Positions 49,207 to 58,830 of a stretch of DNA of 64,000 bases are shown piece after piece. The DNA lies in the IMG/VR virus record IMGVR_UViG_3300047564_002155, positions 1 through 64,000 of that record, one strand, 5' to 3'. This DNA is from a virus. How positions within the stretch are numbered: position 1 is the stretch's first letter; the number at the start of each line of letters is the position of its first letter. The position numbers were made by a program, and so were the translations under genes. The notes below the pieces were generated by a model. It was not told where the DNA came from. It saw nothing but the letters and a program-made list of their open reading frames with translations, and made no database searches.

Positions 49207-51591
49207 ATGGGTTTGGAACTCAAAATAAAGTCAAAACAAAATCTATCCAAATATAGAGTTTTAGTAGAAGACTCATCAGCAACATCTGATGAGTATTTTT
49301 CTATTGTAGAGTTTCCAGAATACTTGGGTGAGGGTAAGAACCTACTTCGTATCAAAACGAACCCAAATGTATTTGAACCCAACACTCAAATCTTTATTGA
49401 GGTATTAGACCCAAATGGAACGCCGGTATATTGGGAGATTCCAAATCATAGAGAAAAAGATGACTCTCGTTTAATTTCTATTTGGGTTTATGGTGATAGA
49501 AACGACAAGTACGATAATGGTAAGGGTATTGGTGAGATAGTCTTGCTTGGAACCTTATCAACTACATCGGATGGTAAACAAGTTCCTACTGATTTCAAAA
49601 AGGTTCCAAATATAAGGTGGAGACGTAAAGTTTCGTTTGCACCAAACAAACCATCAAATGGTAAGATTGTATTTAGGACAGATAGTTTACCAAGACTAAC
49701 ACTATCTTCAAGTGTTGATACATTCACTAATAAAGTAGTATCAAATAATCAATTAGTTAAGACCATCACCAATTCGGATGTTTATTATAAGAAATCTACA
49801 TTTGGAAATACTGTATCACTTGAATATGAAAATGGTGATGCGTTTGAGGGTCAAATGGTTGGTGGTATTGTTTATGGTAATTTGTCCACTACTTTATTTC
49901 CAAGATTGGGTGGTGGTCAATCACAACCAACTACATTTACTGCAAGTATTAGTTCAGTTCCATCCATTTCTATTTTAAGAATAGAAAATCCACTAACTCA
50001 AAGTGATAATAGAACAAATGGGTCCATTCACACATATGAGTATTCTGATGGAACTATAAATGTAAATGTAGAGTATTACTCAACCGCATCTGATACACAA
50101 ACTCAAAATCAAGTTGCTGTTGCAAATATAACTTTAACTAACCTTGACCCTATTGTAGGTAGGGTTCATTCAGTTAACACCTTACTAAAATCACAAGGAT
50201 TAACTTCGGCTGAATATCAATTGATATCAAACAACTTGGTTAGTGCTACAGAATCAGTATCATTTAAAGTTCCAATTCCAACCGAACAACTAAACGACCC
50301 AAAGACTTTAAAATTACAATTTTTAAATGTTGATGGTGTGAAGTCAGAAACCGAACTTGTTAAATCAGATGTTGTATTTACGGGCGGTAACGTATACATT
50401 GCAGGTGACCAATCCTTAATCACCGGCTCATTCCATATTGGAAACGCAATTGGAACTGGCATTGAAATGTCCGGCCAATCAAGTGGATATCTAAAATCGG
50501 TTGGATACCAAGGATTTACATCAGCATCACTTGGTAAAGGGCCGGGTGGATTTCTTATTTGGAGTGGTAGTGGTAATTTACAAATTGGAGTAGACCAATA
50601 CCCTGGTGTAGGAATGGAAATGGTGTCGGAGGGTGGTAGTTCAAGTTTCTTCTTTACAACCGCAGGTGGTGGTAATTTGCAGGTAATCACCGATGATTTC
50701 TTTATTGGAACCGAAGCCACTCAATTTGTTAGTGGTTCAAATGGTAACATAGAAATTAGTTCATCATTTTTCCATCTTAATCCAAAAGATAATGAAGCTG
50801 TGATTGGTGGGTTTGTTGTAACCCCAACTGCAATAAGTTCATCACAATTTGATACATCCGCATCAGTATCCGTTCCAAAACTTGCACTAAAATCAAATGG
50901 ACAAATTACAGGTTCAAGCGTTCTTATCCAACGACTATTGGATGGTGACTTTTACACTTTGTTTGATACGAATGTTGGTATTATAGACGCAAGAAATAAT
51001 GGTAGACAAATTATTTCGGATTATACTGAATATGAGTGGACCGGTTCGGTTGAAACAAAAGTGGCAGAATATTACTTTCAGTTAATGCCGGGTGAAAATA
51101 GACTATTATATGCGTTTAGTCAGTTAACTCATAGGCAAGCGACTGGTTTTACTGGTTCAGTTGGATATGTTCAAGGAACTTGCAAAATGACACTACAAAT
51201 TCCAAATACGGGCTCTGTAACTAATGGTCCATATGGGTATTCATCTCCAAGTCAAGGTACATATTACTACGATGGTTTTGCAAACGCAACAGAATACACG
51301 GTATTTGAACGAACTTTAGGTAATATTGCAACCAATGACTATTATTCAAGTAGAACAAATCAGCCAGGAGACCAAGGGTCTTATTATGTTGTTCCAAGTA
51401 ACTTACAAGGTCGTTTGATTCGTGCAAATCTTTATTTAAAAACTTTAAATGTTGCAACCACTGGCCCACGAACGGCCGGAACTTATTCAAGAGTCAAGGG
51501 TGTGAGTTTAGTTGCCACGAGACAATTTGGTCAGAGAGCTGGTGATATTACGGAAGTATTGCCTGATTTGGGTGAAGGGTTAGGAATATAA
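49207..51591 (+). CDS. virion structural protein
   Basis: TATTTAT upstream; beta-rich with SGS/TGS motifs shared with tail proteins. Confidence 0.65.
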   Translation: MGLELKIKSKQNLSKYRVLVEDSSATSDEYFSIVEFPEYLGEGKNLLRIKTNPNVFEPNTQIFIEVLDPNGTPVYWEIPNHREKDDSRLISIWVYGDRNDKYDNGKGIGEIVLLGTLSTTSDGKQVPTDFKKVPNIRWRRKVSFAPNKPSNGKIVFRTDSLPRLTLSSSVDTFTNKVVSNNQLVKTITNSDVYYKKSTFGNTVSLEYENGDAFEGQMVGGIVYGNLSTTLFPRLGGGQSQPTTFTASISSVPSISILRIENPLTQSDNRTNGSIHTYEYSDGTINVNVEYYSTASDTQTQNQVAVANITLTNLDPIVGRVHSVNTLLKSQGLTSAEYQLISNNLVSATESVSFKVPIPTEQLNDPKTLKLQFLNVDGVKSETELVKSDVVFTGGNVYIAGDQSLITGSFHIGNAIGTGIEMSGQSSGYLKSVGYQGFTSASLGKGPGGFLIWSGSGNLQIGVDQYPGVGMEMVSEGGSSSFFFTTAGGGNLQVITDDFFIGTEATQFVSGSNGNIEISSSFFHLNPKDNEAVIGGFVVTPTAISSSQFDTSASVSVPKLALKSNGQITGSSVLIQRLLDGDFYTLFDTNVGIIDARNNGRQIISDYTEYEWTGSVETKVAEYYFQLMPGENRLLYAFSQLTHRQATGFTGSVGYVQGTCKMTLQIPNTGSVTNGPYGYSSPSQGTYYYDGFANATEYTVFERTLGNIATNDYYSSRTNQPGDQGSYYVVPSNLQGRLIRANLYLKTLNVATTGPRTAGTYSRVKGVSLVATRQFGQRAGDITEVLPDLGEGLGI

Positions 51592-51609
51592 AATTAGATA
51601 CTTATTATT

Positions 51610-54600
51610 ATGGGAAATTTAATTAAAGAGTGGGTTAGGGGAATTCTTGTTGAAGAAGTAAAACAAGAAGTAGTAGTTTATGCTGGAAGGTTTCAACCAT
51701 TTCACAAAGGACACTACGCTACCTATGAACATTTGGTAAAAAAGTTTGGTAAGCAAAATGTCTTTGTTGGGACCTCAAATCAACAAGGTGGTCCAAGACA
51801 TCCATTTAATTTTAAAGAAAAACGAGAAATTATGATGAAGATGTTTAACATCCCATCATCACAAATTGTCCAAGTAAAAAACCCATACCAACCAAGTGAG
51901 GTTTTAAATAAATTTGATTCTAAAACCACCGCATTTATCACGGTAGTTGGTGAAAAGGATGAGGCTCGTTTGGGTGGTAAATACTTTAAGAAATACGATG
52001 GTAAGCCCGAAAGTGGATATCTTGATAACGGATATGTGTATGTATCCCCGGCACAACCAAACGCAATAAGCGGAACTGATGTTCGTAATTGGTTATCAGC
52101 ATCAGATGATTCTCAAAGAAAAGCTGGATTCAAGAAAGCATACCCAAAGTTTGACCCAAAGATTTACAATTTAATTTCAACAAGGTTAATGAAGATTGAA
52201 TCCGTAATGGAATCGTTCTTTAAATCATTTGATGTTGAATCTCTTTTAGAGGGCTCTCTTTATGGGGCAGATGCTGGTGAACCCGACACTATGTTTGTAT
52301 TGCCAGGAAAAACTCGCAAACTTGGAATGAAAAATCCAGGTCAAAAAGATGATGTGTGGTTTGTAAATGGTGGTTATGTTCAAATGCACTTTCCGGTAGC
52401 TGATGTGATTGTTTCACCTGATGCAAAGGGGTCATCTGATTACTACCAATATTCATCCAAACGAAATATCCGTAATAATACCGATTTGGAAATCCCACCC
52501 GTAAGTGATGACTTTACAACGGCTAAACAGGGTAGAAAACAAGTTGATGTTCAAGACCTCAAAACCGAAGGTTCTACTATGGGACCAATTTCACTTGATA
52601 TGGTTGATAATGGTCCTGCGTTTTCTTGGGCAAGTAAAGAAAAATACCAATCTGCAAATAACGAAATTGCAAAACGATTGGGATTTGAAGTAGTTGATTG
52701 GATGTTGGGAACTGACTTGGAAACTCAATTTGTTCAAGACCGACCAACACAAGTTTCTTACTATCCAAAAAGTAATAGACCTGCAAATAAAGACTACTCT
52801 GATTGGAAATCTGATATTGAAAAAACAGCCACCGCTGTTGGTGTTGAGTTTATAAATTTTCTTGATAAAAAACAAATTGGATTAAACGAAGACCTTTTCG
52901 GAACATCGTTAAAAATGAAACCATATGAAACCTTGATGGTTAAATCCGTTATTGAATTTATGATGGATAAGTATAATTTTAATGCAAAGATTATAGTAAA
53001 GAAAAAAGAAAAAGTTGGATTGATAGGTGATATATCCTTAAATTCAAATTCAGTAGATGGAAATAAATTTTATTTACACTTTAATCCCAATCAGTCATAT
53101 CAGAGAATAATTCAAACAATGATACACGAGTTGACTCATATCAAACAAGTTTCCAGAAAAGAATTATTACCAAATAAAGACTATACCGCAATACTTTGGA
53201 AGGGTAAAGAATACATAACTGCAAAAGACTATAATAAGTTAATGAAGTCAAGTCCTTCGGAGTATATCAAATTACCTTGGGAAGTTGAAGCTATTTCAAA
53301 TATGAAAAGTTTGTATCCTCAATTTATAAAATCAAAATATTGGTTGGGATTAAAGGGTAAGGACTCTACATTAGATTATATTATCAATACAAACGAAAAT
53401 GTATTAAAAGAATCTTTATTGGTTGAAGGTGGTGCGTATGGTCATATGGCTCACCCATTTGATACTGAAATGAATTTAACTTTTGGTGACTTAAAACAAA
53501 TCATCAACGGAGCCCTAACGGGCGAATTAGAACTTGCAAGAGAAAAGACCGATGGTCAAGCCCTTGCTATTTCGTGGAGAGATGATAAGGGTTTAATTGC
53601 AGCAAGAAACAAAGGACACCTTGCTAATCGTGGTGAAAAGGCATTGGACATTAGCGGTATTGCTTCAAAGTTTGGTGGTAGAGGTGGTTTGACCGACGCA
53701 TACAACTTTGCAATGAAAGACCTTACATCAGCTATCAAAGGTTTATCAAAAGCACAACGAGACAAAATCTTCAAACAAGGTGCAAAGTTTATGAACCTTG
53801 AAGTAATCTGGCCAACATCGGTCAATGTAATCCCTTATGGTCAAGCCCTTTTGGTATTCCACAATACGACTGAATACAACGAAGCTGGTATAGCTATTGG
53901 TGCTGACCAAAGTGATGCAAAGGTTCTTGCTGGGATGATTAAACAAGTTAATGCTGATGTTCAATCAAAATACACAATCCAAGGACCGCCGGTAACCCAA
54001 TTACCAAAGTCGCAAAAACTTACATCTTTAAAATCAAAATTTGATGGTCAGTTGAATAAACTTCAAAAAGAATTTAATTTGAAAGATACTGATGGTGTTG
54101 CAGAATATCACCAAAAGTGGTGGGAAAATTTTGTAGATACAAAATCACCATCAACACTTGATAACAAAACTAAAATGGGTCTTGTTAAAAGATGGGCGTT
54201 CTACGATAAAGGGTTCCGTTTGGACAGTAAAACCATCACCGACCCTAAAGTGTTGACTTGGGCTCAAGGTATAGATAAAAACGACCACGCCAAAATTCAA
54301 AAAGATAATATTAGACCATTTGAAGATATTTTCTTGGGTGTTGGTGCCGAAGTTCTTTCGTTTATGAGTTCAGTTTTAACTGCAAATCCTGATGCTGCTG
54401 TTAGAAGTATGAAAGACCGACTTGACCAAACAGTTAAGGACGTTCAAAAAGCAGGTGACCCAAAGAAAATTGCAAAACTAAAATTAGAATTAGAACGACT
54501 TGCCGCTATTGGTGGTAAAGACAAAATTGTTCCTAATGAGGGTATCGTATTTGTGTATAAAGGTAATACTTATAAACTTACAGGCACATTCGCACCACTC

Positions 54601-54633
54601 AATCAAATTTTAGGATTGTTCTACGGAGAATGA
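51610..54633 (+). CDS. multidomain protein: HIGH nucleotidyltransferase + small domains + HExxH metallopeptidase + RNA-ligase-like NTase
   Basis: GRFQPFHKGH, ISGT.VR; IHELTH..PWEVEA; EKTDG, NLE, EGIVF, YKL. Confidence 0.75.
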   Translation: MGNLIKEWVRGILVEEVKQEVVVYAGRFQPFHKGHYATYEHLVKKFGKQNVFVGTSNQQGGPRHPFNFKEKREIMMKMFNIPSSQIVQVKNPYQPSEVLNKFDSKTTAFITVVGEKDEARLGGKYFKKYDGKPESGYLDNGYVYVSPAQPNAISGTDVRNWLSASDDSQRKAGFKKAYPKFDPKIYNLISTRLMKIESVMESFFKSFDVESLLEGSLYGADAGEPDTMFVLPGKTRKLGMKNPGQKDDVWFVNGGYVQMHFPVADVIVSPDAKGSSDYYQYSSKRNIRNNTDLEIPPVSDDFTTAKQGRKQVDVQDLKTEGSTMGPISLDMVDNGPAFSWASKEKYQSANNEIAKRLGFEVVDWMLGTDLETQFVQDRPTQVSYYPKSNRPANKDYSDWKSDIEKTATAVGVEFINFLDKKQIGLNEDLFGTSLKMKPYETLMVKSVIEFMMDKYNFNAKIIVKKKEKVGLIGDISLNSNSVDGNKFYLHFNPNQSYQRIIQTMIHELTHIKQVSRKELLPNKDYTAILWKGKEYITAKDYNKLMKSSPSEYIKLPWEVEAISNMKSLYPQFIKSKYWLGLKGKDSTLDYIINTNENVLKESLLVEGGAYGHMAHPFDTEMNLTFGDLKQIINGALTGELELAREKTDGQALAISWRDDKGLIAARNKGHLANRGEKALDISGIASKFGGRGGLTDAYNFAMKDLTSAIKGLSKAQRDKIFKQGAKFMNLEVIWPTSVNVIPYGQALLVFHNTTEYNEAGIAIGADQSDAKVLAGMIKQVNADVQSKYTIQGPPVTQLPKSQKLTSLKSKFDGQLNKLQKEFNLKDTDGVAEYHQKWWENFVDTKSPSTLDNKTKMGLVKRWAFYDKGFRLDSKTITDPKVLTWAQGIDKNDHAKIQKDNIRPFEDIFLGVGAEVLSFMSSVLTANPDAAVRSMKDRLDQTVKDVQKAGDPKKIAKLKLELERLAAIGGKDKIVPNEGIVFVYKGNTYKLTGTFAPLNQILGLFYGE

Positions 54634-54651
54634 TAAATTAAAATAAAAGTT

Positions 54652-55239
54652 ATGTCTAAAAAATTACAAAATGTTAAGGCGATTAAAGAAATGCTCGCCG
54701 GAACACACAAAACTCAAACAAAAACTACAATTGGCTTTGAAACTAAAGATTATGTAAGAAGGGAAGTTGGAGAACAATGGACCGATGAGTTTGGTAATCA
54801 ATGGGAACAAAAAAAAGGATACAAAGTTAAACTTGGTAAACTTTCAGAGGTTCGTAAAGAAGTTTCACAATTTTCAAATTGTCGTAAAGAAGTTTGTACT
54901 TGCACTACACCATCTCAAGCTGATAAAAAGATGATGGCATATCACGGAATGTGTTTGGATTGTGTGGTTGATATGGAACATCAATTACGAATTGAGGGTA
55001 AGTTTGAAGAATACGAAAGAAGTAAGGTTTTAGAAAATGCAAAAGCTTGGCTAAAACAAGCCGAAGTAGAAAAGGAAATCTTAAAATCAGCATTAAAAGC
55101 TCAATACATCCTTGAAGATGGTCGTGTTGAAGAGTGGGAGGGTGGAATGTCACCTGAAGAACTTGAGGCTAAAATTGATGCTGAATTTGAAAAATTTAAA
55201 ACGGATTTCATTGCCAAGTTAGAAAACGGAAACAATTAA
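54652..55239 (+). CDS. conserved hypothetical protein (Cys motifs)
   Basis: REVGEQWTD..G..WEQKKG; C..CTC; C..C. Confidence 0.65.
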   Translation: MSKKLQNVKAIKEMLAGTHKTQTKTTIGFETKDYVRREVGEQWTDEFGNQWEQKKGYKVKLGKLSEVRKEVSQFSNCRKEVCTCTTPSQADKKMMAYHGMCLDCVVDMEHQLRIEGKFEEYERSKVLENAKAWLKQAEVEKEILKSALKAQYILEDGRVEEWEGGMSPEELEAKIDAEFEKFKTDFIAKLENGNN

Positions 55240-55256
55240 CCATACCTATTTATTTT

Positions 55257-57812
55257 GTGAGGTATTATATGAAAAGTAAAGAGTATTACATTCGTTTAGG
55301 TGAAGCGGTTCAAAAGCTAGAAGAAAAGAATTGCCCAACCGACCCATCAAAGTGGTCATATTATAAATCACAAGCAAAAGAAAAGTTTGATGTATATCCA
55401 TCAGCATATGCTAATGGGTGGGCTTCAAAACAATATGGTGATGCTGGTGGTGGTTGGAAGAAATGTGAAAACGAAGCTACTGATTCTCAAGAAAAAGAAT
55501 TTCATACTCAACTTGATAAGTTAGTTCACAAAACTTTTGGTAAAAGTCCGGAAGAAGAAAAAATGGATGAGAAGTTTGATAGAACTCACCTTGGTATTTT
55601 AAAATACGCTTATAAGGACATTGATAAAATCAATCCATCCGACCCAATGTATGTTAGAGTGGCTCAGATGTTGGATAAATTATCAAAACAGGAATTACAA
55701 CAATTGATTGATGCTGACATTAAGTTCATATCACTTCTTGCAAAGAATCGTTTATCAAAAAAAGAATCAGTAAACGAAGAAAAAGTAGATATGGAAGAGC
55801 TAGAAATGATGCTAAAGAAATTAAAAAAAGAGAATCCAGGTAAAAAAGTAACATACAGTTTTATTAAAGGTAAACAATACCCTAAAGGTTATGTTATTAA
55901 AATAAATGGAAAAATTTTAGAAGGTGAATCAGTAAACGAATCTCATTTTCAAGTTGGTGATAATGTCACTTGTCTTAAAAGTGGTATGACTGGTCAAGTT
56001 GTTGGGATGGATAAACCACACGGTGCGGATGATGAGGAATATTATACAGTTAAAAGACAAGATGGTGAAGTAATGAAATACTCACCAAACGAATTAAGAC
56101 TTACTGAAAACACTTTGAAAGAAGGTTTGTTCCAAGACATTATGAGAGCTGTTAAAAAAGGTGATGGTCCTTTCACTTTGGTTGTTATTAAGAACAACAA
56201 AGTAATTAAACAAGTAGAAGTTAAAACTCCACAAGCAATCCCTGCAAACTACTCTTCATTATTAAAAGATTTTCCTAATACGAGAATCAGAATAGAGGAT
56301 GCAACAGGTAAAATTGTAATGGGTGAATCGGTAAACGAAGCTAAGGCAATCGGAAAAAAGATATTCTCTGATGCTAAAGGAAAACTTTTCTTTGGATACC
56401 AAAATGATGATGATACTGTTCAACTTGTAGATTACAAAACTTGGAAAAAACTTCCAATGACGGACTTATCTAATGAGTTTATGGCTAACAGAATAATCAA
56501 CTCAATTGTTAGAAATGAAAGACAATTCAACAAAAAAGTTGAATACAATATGTGGTCTAAAAAGACTAACCCATCTTTTGAAGAGAGAATGGATTACTTC
56601 ATTAAAAACAATTGGATATCTAATATCACTAAAACTGGTATCAAAGAATCGGTAAACGAATCATCAATGAGTAATATTGATATTATCGCACAAGAAGCAA
56701 AAGATTTTAAAGATTTTGTGAAAGAGTTCTACAACGAATACAAAGATTTTCCAAAAGATAGAGATACTATTAAATGGTTAAAAGGTGTTTATGATAATAG
56801 AAGCACAAACGAATCGGTTGAATCATTAGATGAAAAATTACCAAATGAGTTTGCTACCATTCCTAATGATTCTCGTGTAGATGGTATGATGAAACATCTT
56901 CAGCACCATTTGGGTGTTATTAGTAAGAATGTAAAGACTGGTAAAGGTGTTTACAAAAAGGATTTGATGAAGATGGCAAACATCATTAAAGCCCTTCAAA
57001 TGTATGAATCAAAATCAGTAAACGAATCATCGGTTGAAATTGGTGATATCGTATTGTTCCCACCAGCGAATAGTGCTGCTACTGTTGTTGATAGGTTTGG
57101 TAGAAGTGTGACCTTAAAGTTGGCTAATGGTAAAAAAGTTAAAACCGTGGTTGATAAAGTTAAGTTATTAGCACAAGATAATGTAAACGAGGGTAATGCT
57201 TTCACAGGTGCTTTGTTCAAAGCTCGTAAAGAAGGTTTGACTGAATTTGAATTCAACGGAAAAAAATATCCGGTTCACAAACTTGAAGAAGAAAAAGAAG
57301 AAACTCTTGCTGAATCAAAATTGACCAAAGATTCTTTGAAGCAAATTATCAAAGAAGAATACCATAATGTAAAAACCTTTATGGAAGAAAAATACGGATT
57401 TACTCCTGAATTAGGTAAGGTATATTCCAATCTTGCAGCTAAACCTTTTTTAAAAGAAGAAGAGGAAGAGGTAGTTGATGAGTATGATGTAGAAAATTAC
57501 CAAGACCTAAAAGAGTTTGTTCAGTTTATGGCTGAATACAAAAGTGATATCAACGAGGCAGAATATCAAGGTAGAAAAGTAAAACTTGGTAAGATTATGC
57601 AAGGTGATGTTAAGAAATTCAAAGTATATGTTAAGAACGACAAAGGTAATGTTGTTAAAGTAAACTTTGGACAAGGTGGTGATGCTAAGGGTGGAACTAT
57701 GAGAATTCGTAAAGACAATCCTAAAGCAAGAGCATCGTTCAGAGCAAGACACAATTGTGATAACCCTGGTCCAAGATGGAAAGCAAGATATTGGTCTTGT
57801 CGTAAATGGTAA
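55257..57812 (+). CDS. modular polyprotein, putative internal head protein (start may be ATG 55269)
   Basis: repeated ESVNE linkers between unrelated small domains; C-terminal KFKVYVKN..VNFG..FRARHNC..YWSC (DUF6321-like). Confidence 0.75.
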   Translation: MRYYMKSKEYYIRLGEAVQKLEEKNCPTDPSKWSYYKSQAKEKFDVYPSAYANGWASKQYGDAGGGWKKCENEATDSQEKEFHTQLDKLVHKTFGKSPEEEKMDEKFDRTHLGILKYAYKDIDKINPSDPMYVRVAQMLDKLSKQELQQLIDADIKFISLLAKNRLSKKESVNEEKVDMEELEMMLKKLKKENPGKKVTYSFIKGKQYPKGYVIKINGKILEGESVNESHFQVGDNVTCLKSGMTGQVVGMDKPHGADDEEYYTVKRQDGEVMKYSPNELRLTENTLKEGLFQDIMRAVKKGDGPFTLVVIKNNKVIKQVEVKTPQAIPANYSSLLKDFPNTRIRIEDATGKIVMGESVNEAKAIGKKIFSDAKGKLFFGYQNDDDTVQLVDYKTWKKLPMTDLSNEFMANRIINSIVRNERQFNKKVEYNMWSKKTNPSFEERMDYFIKNNWISNITKTGIKESVNESSMSNIDIIAQEAKDFKDFVKEFYNEYKDFPKDRDTIKWLKGVYDNRSTNESVESLDEKLPNEFATIPNDSRVDGMMKHLQHHLGVISKNVKTGKGVYKKDLMKMANIIKALQMYESKSVNESSVEIGDIVLFPPANSAATVVDRFGRSVTLKLANGKKVKTVVDKVKLLAQDNVNEGNAFTGALFKARKEGLTEFEFNGKKYPVHKLEEEKEETLAESKLTKDSLKQIIKEEYHNVKTFMEEKYGFTPELGKVYSNLAAKPFLKEEEEEVVDEYDVENYQDLKEFVQFMAEYKSDINEAEYQGRKVKLGKIMQGDVKKFKVYVKNDKGNVVKVNFGQGGDAKGGTMRIRKDNPKARASFRARHNCDNPGPRWKARYWSCRKW
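55764..57026 (+). repeat. dispersed 15-bp repeat (G/A)AATC(A/G)GTAAACGAA
   Basis: copies at 55764, 55926, 56325, 56646, 57012. Confidence 0.85.
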
Positions 57813-57868
57813 TTATTAACATTGAATTACATACTTATTAGTAGTTTTAAATTAAATTGGAATAAACT

Positions 57869-58144
57869 ATGGAAACATTAAAGAAAGTTTGGAATTGGTT
57901 ACTTGGTAAAACTACCATTGATGAAAAAATCAAAGAAACCGTTGCCGAAGTTAAAAAAGAAGTAGCCGAAGTAAAGGTTGCTGTTGCAGAAGTAAAAGTT
58001 GCTGCTAAAAAAGTAGTAAAAGAAGCATCTGATGTAGCTAATGTAGTAGAAAAAGCTGCTCCTAAAAAGAAAAGATACTACCCAAAGAAAAAAGCTGCTG
58101 CTAAAACCGAACCAACTGCTAAAAAGCCGGCTGCCAAAAAATAA
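57869..58144 (+). CDS. Lys/Ala-rich protein (histone-H1-like tail)
   Basis: AEVK repeats, KKPAAKK; TACTTAT upstream. Confidence 0.65.
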   Translation: METLKKVWNWLLGKTTIDEKIKETVAEVKKEVAEVKVAVAEVKVAAKKVVKEASDVANVVEKAAPKKKRYYPKKKAAAKTEPTAKKPAAKK

Positions 58145-58489
58145 ATGAAACGATTCAATACTCAACAACTTGTAATTCTTGCTTTATTAGCTTTACTGGC
58201 ATATCAATTCTTTTTTGCTGGTAATCGTTACAAAAAAGATTACGAAAGAATGTTGAAAGAGCGTGAACAAGAATACAACACGCAGATTGAAAAGTTAGAA
58301 AGTCAATCAGATTCTCTTTTAAAAATCAATAAAGATATTGAAAAAGAATTAAAAAGAATTGATGGTCAAATTGGCAAAAAAGATGCTCAAATCAATAAGT
58401 TAAGGAAACAATATGAAAAAGATGTTGCTAAGCTTGACGCTATGTCTGATAACGACATTGCCGATGCTTTCACAGACGCTTTCAACTGA
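58145..58489 (+). CDS. i-spanin-like membrane-anchored coiled coil
   Basis: N-terminal TM, periplasmic coiled coil. Confidence 0.5.
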   Translation: MKRFNTQQLVILALLALLAYQFFFAGNRYKKDYERMLKEREQEYNTQIEKLESQSDSLLKINKDIEKELKRIDGQIGKKDAQINKLRKQYEKDVAKLDAMSDNDIADAFTDAFN

Positions 58490-58820
58490 ATCTAACTTAA
58501 TTGCAGTTCCGAGAGCGGCTCTTGAAAACGCATTAAAGGTAAAAGCAGAACGTGACTTGTGTGTTAATGAATTACGATTAACACAAGAAAAGGTTGTTTT
58601 ATACTCAAAATCTATTGATTTGTATAAAGTTGAAGTTGAAAACTTAAATAAAGTTATTACTTCAAAAGATTTGGTTATTGTAGAAAAAAACAAAATAATT
58701 TCTCTAAAAGAAGACCAAATCAAAGTTTTAAAAAGAGAAAAATCTTCTAAAATGTGGCAAGGTCTTTTGGTTGGCTTTGCTGGTGGAGCTGCTACGGTTA
58801 CATTATTGCTCGCTCTATAA
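58413..58820 (+). CDS. spanin-like partner (signal peptide, coiled coil, C-terminal TM)
   Basis: overlaps upstream gene by 77 nt in +1 frame. Confidence 0.5.
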   Translation: MKKMLLSLTLCLITTLPMLSQTLSTESNLIAVPRAALENALKVKAERDLCVNELRLTQEKVVLYSKSIDLYKVEVENLNKVITSKDLVIVEKNKIISLKEDQIKVLKREKSSKMWQGLLVGFAGGAATVTLLLAL

Positions 58821-58830
58821 ATAAAAATGT

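Noticed and set aside
55764-57026. ESVNE repeats as a CRISPR array or DGR
   Set aside because: Repeats are 15 bp, in frame, irregularly spaced (162-399 bp) inside a CDS; no cas gene, reverse transcriptase or TR/VR pair seen
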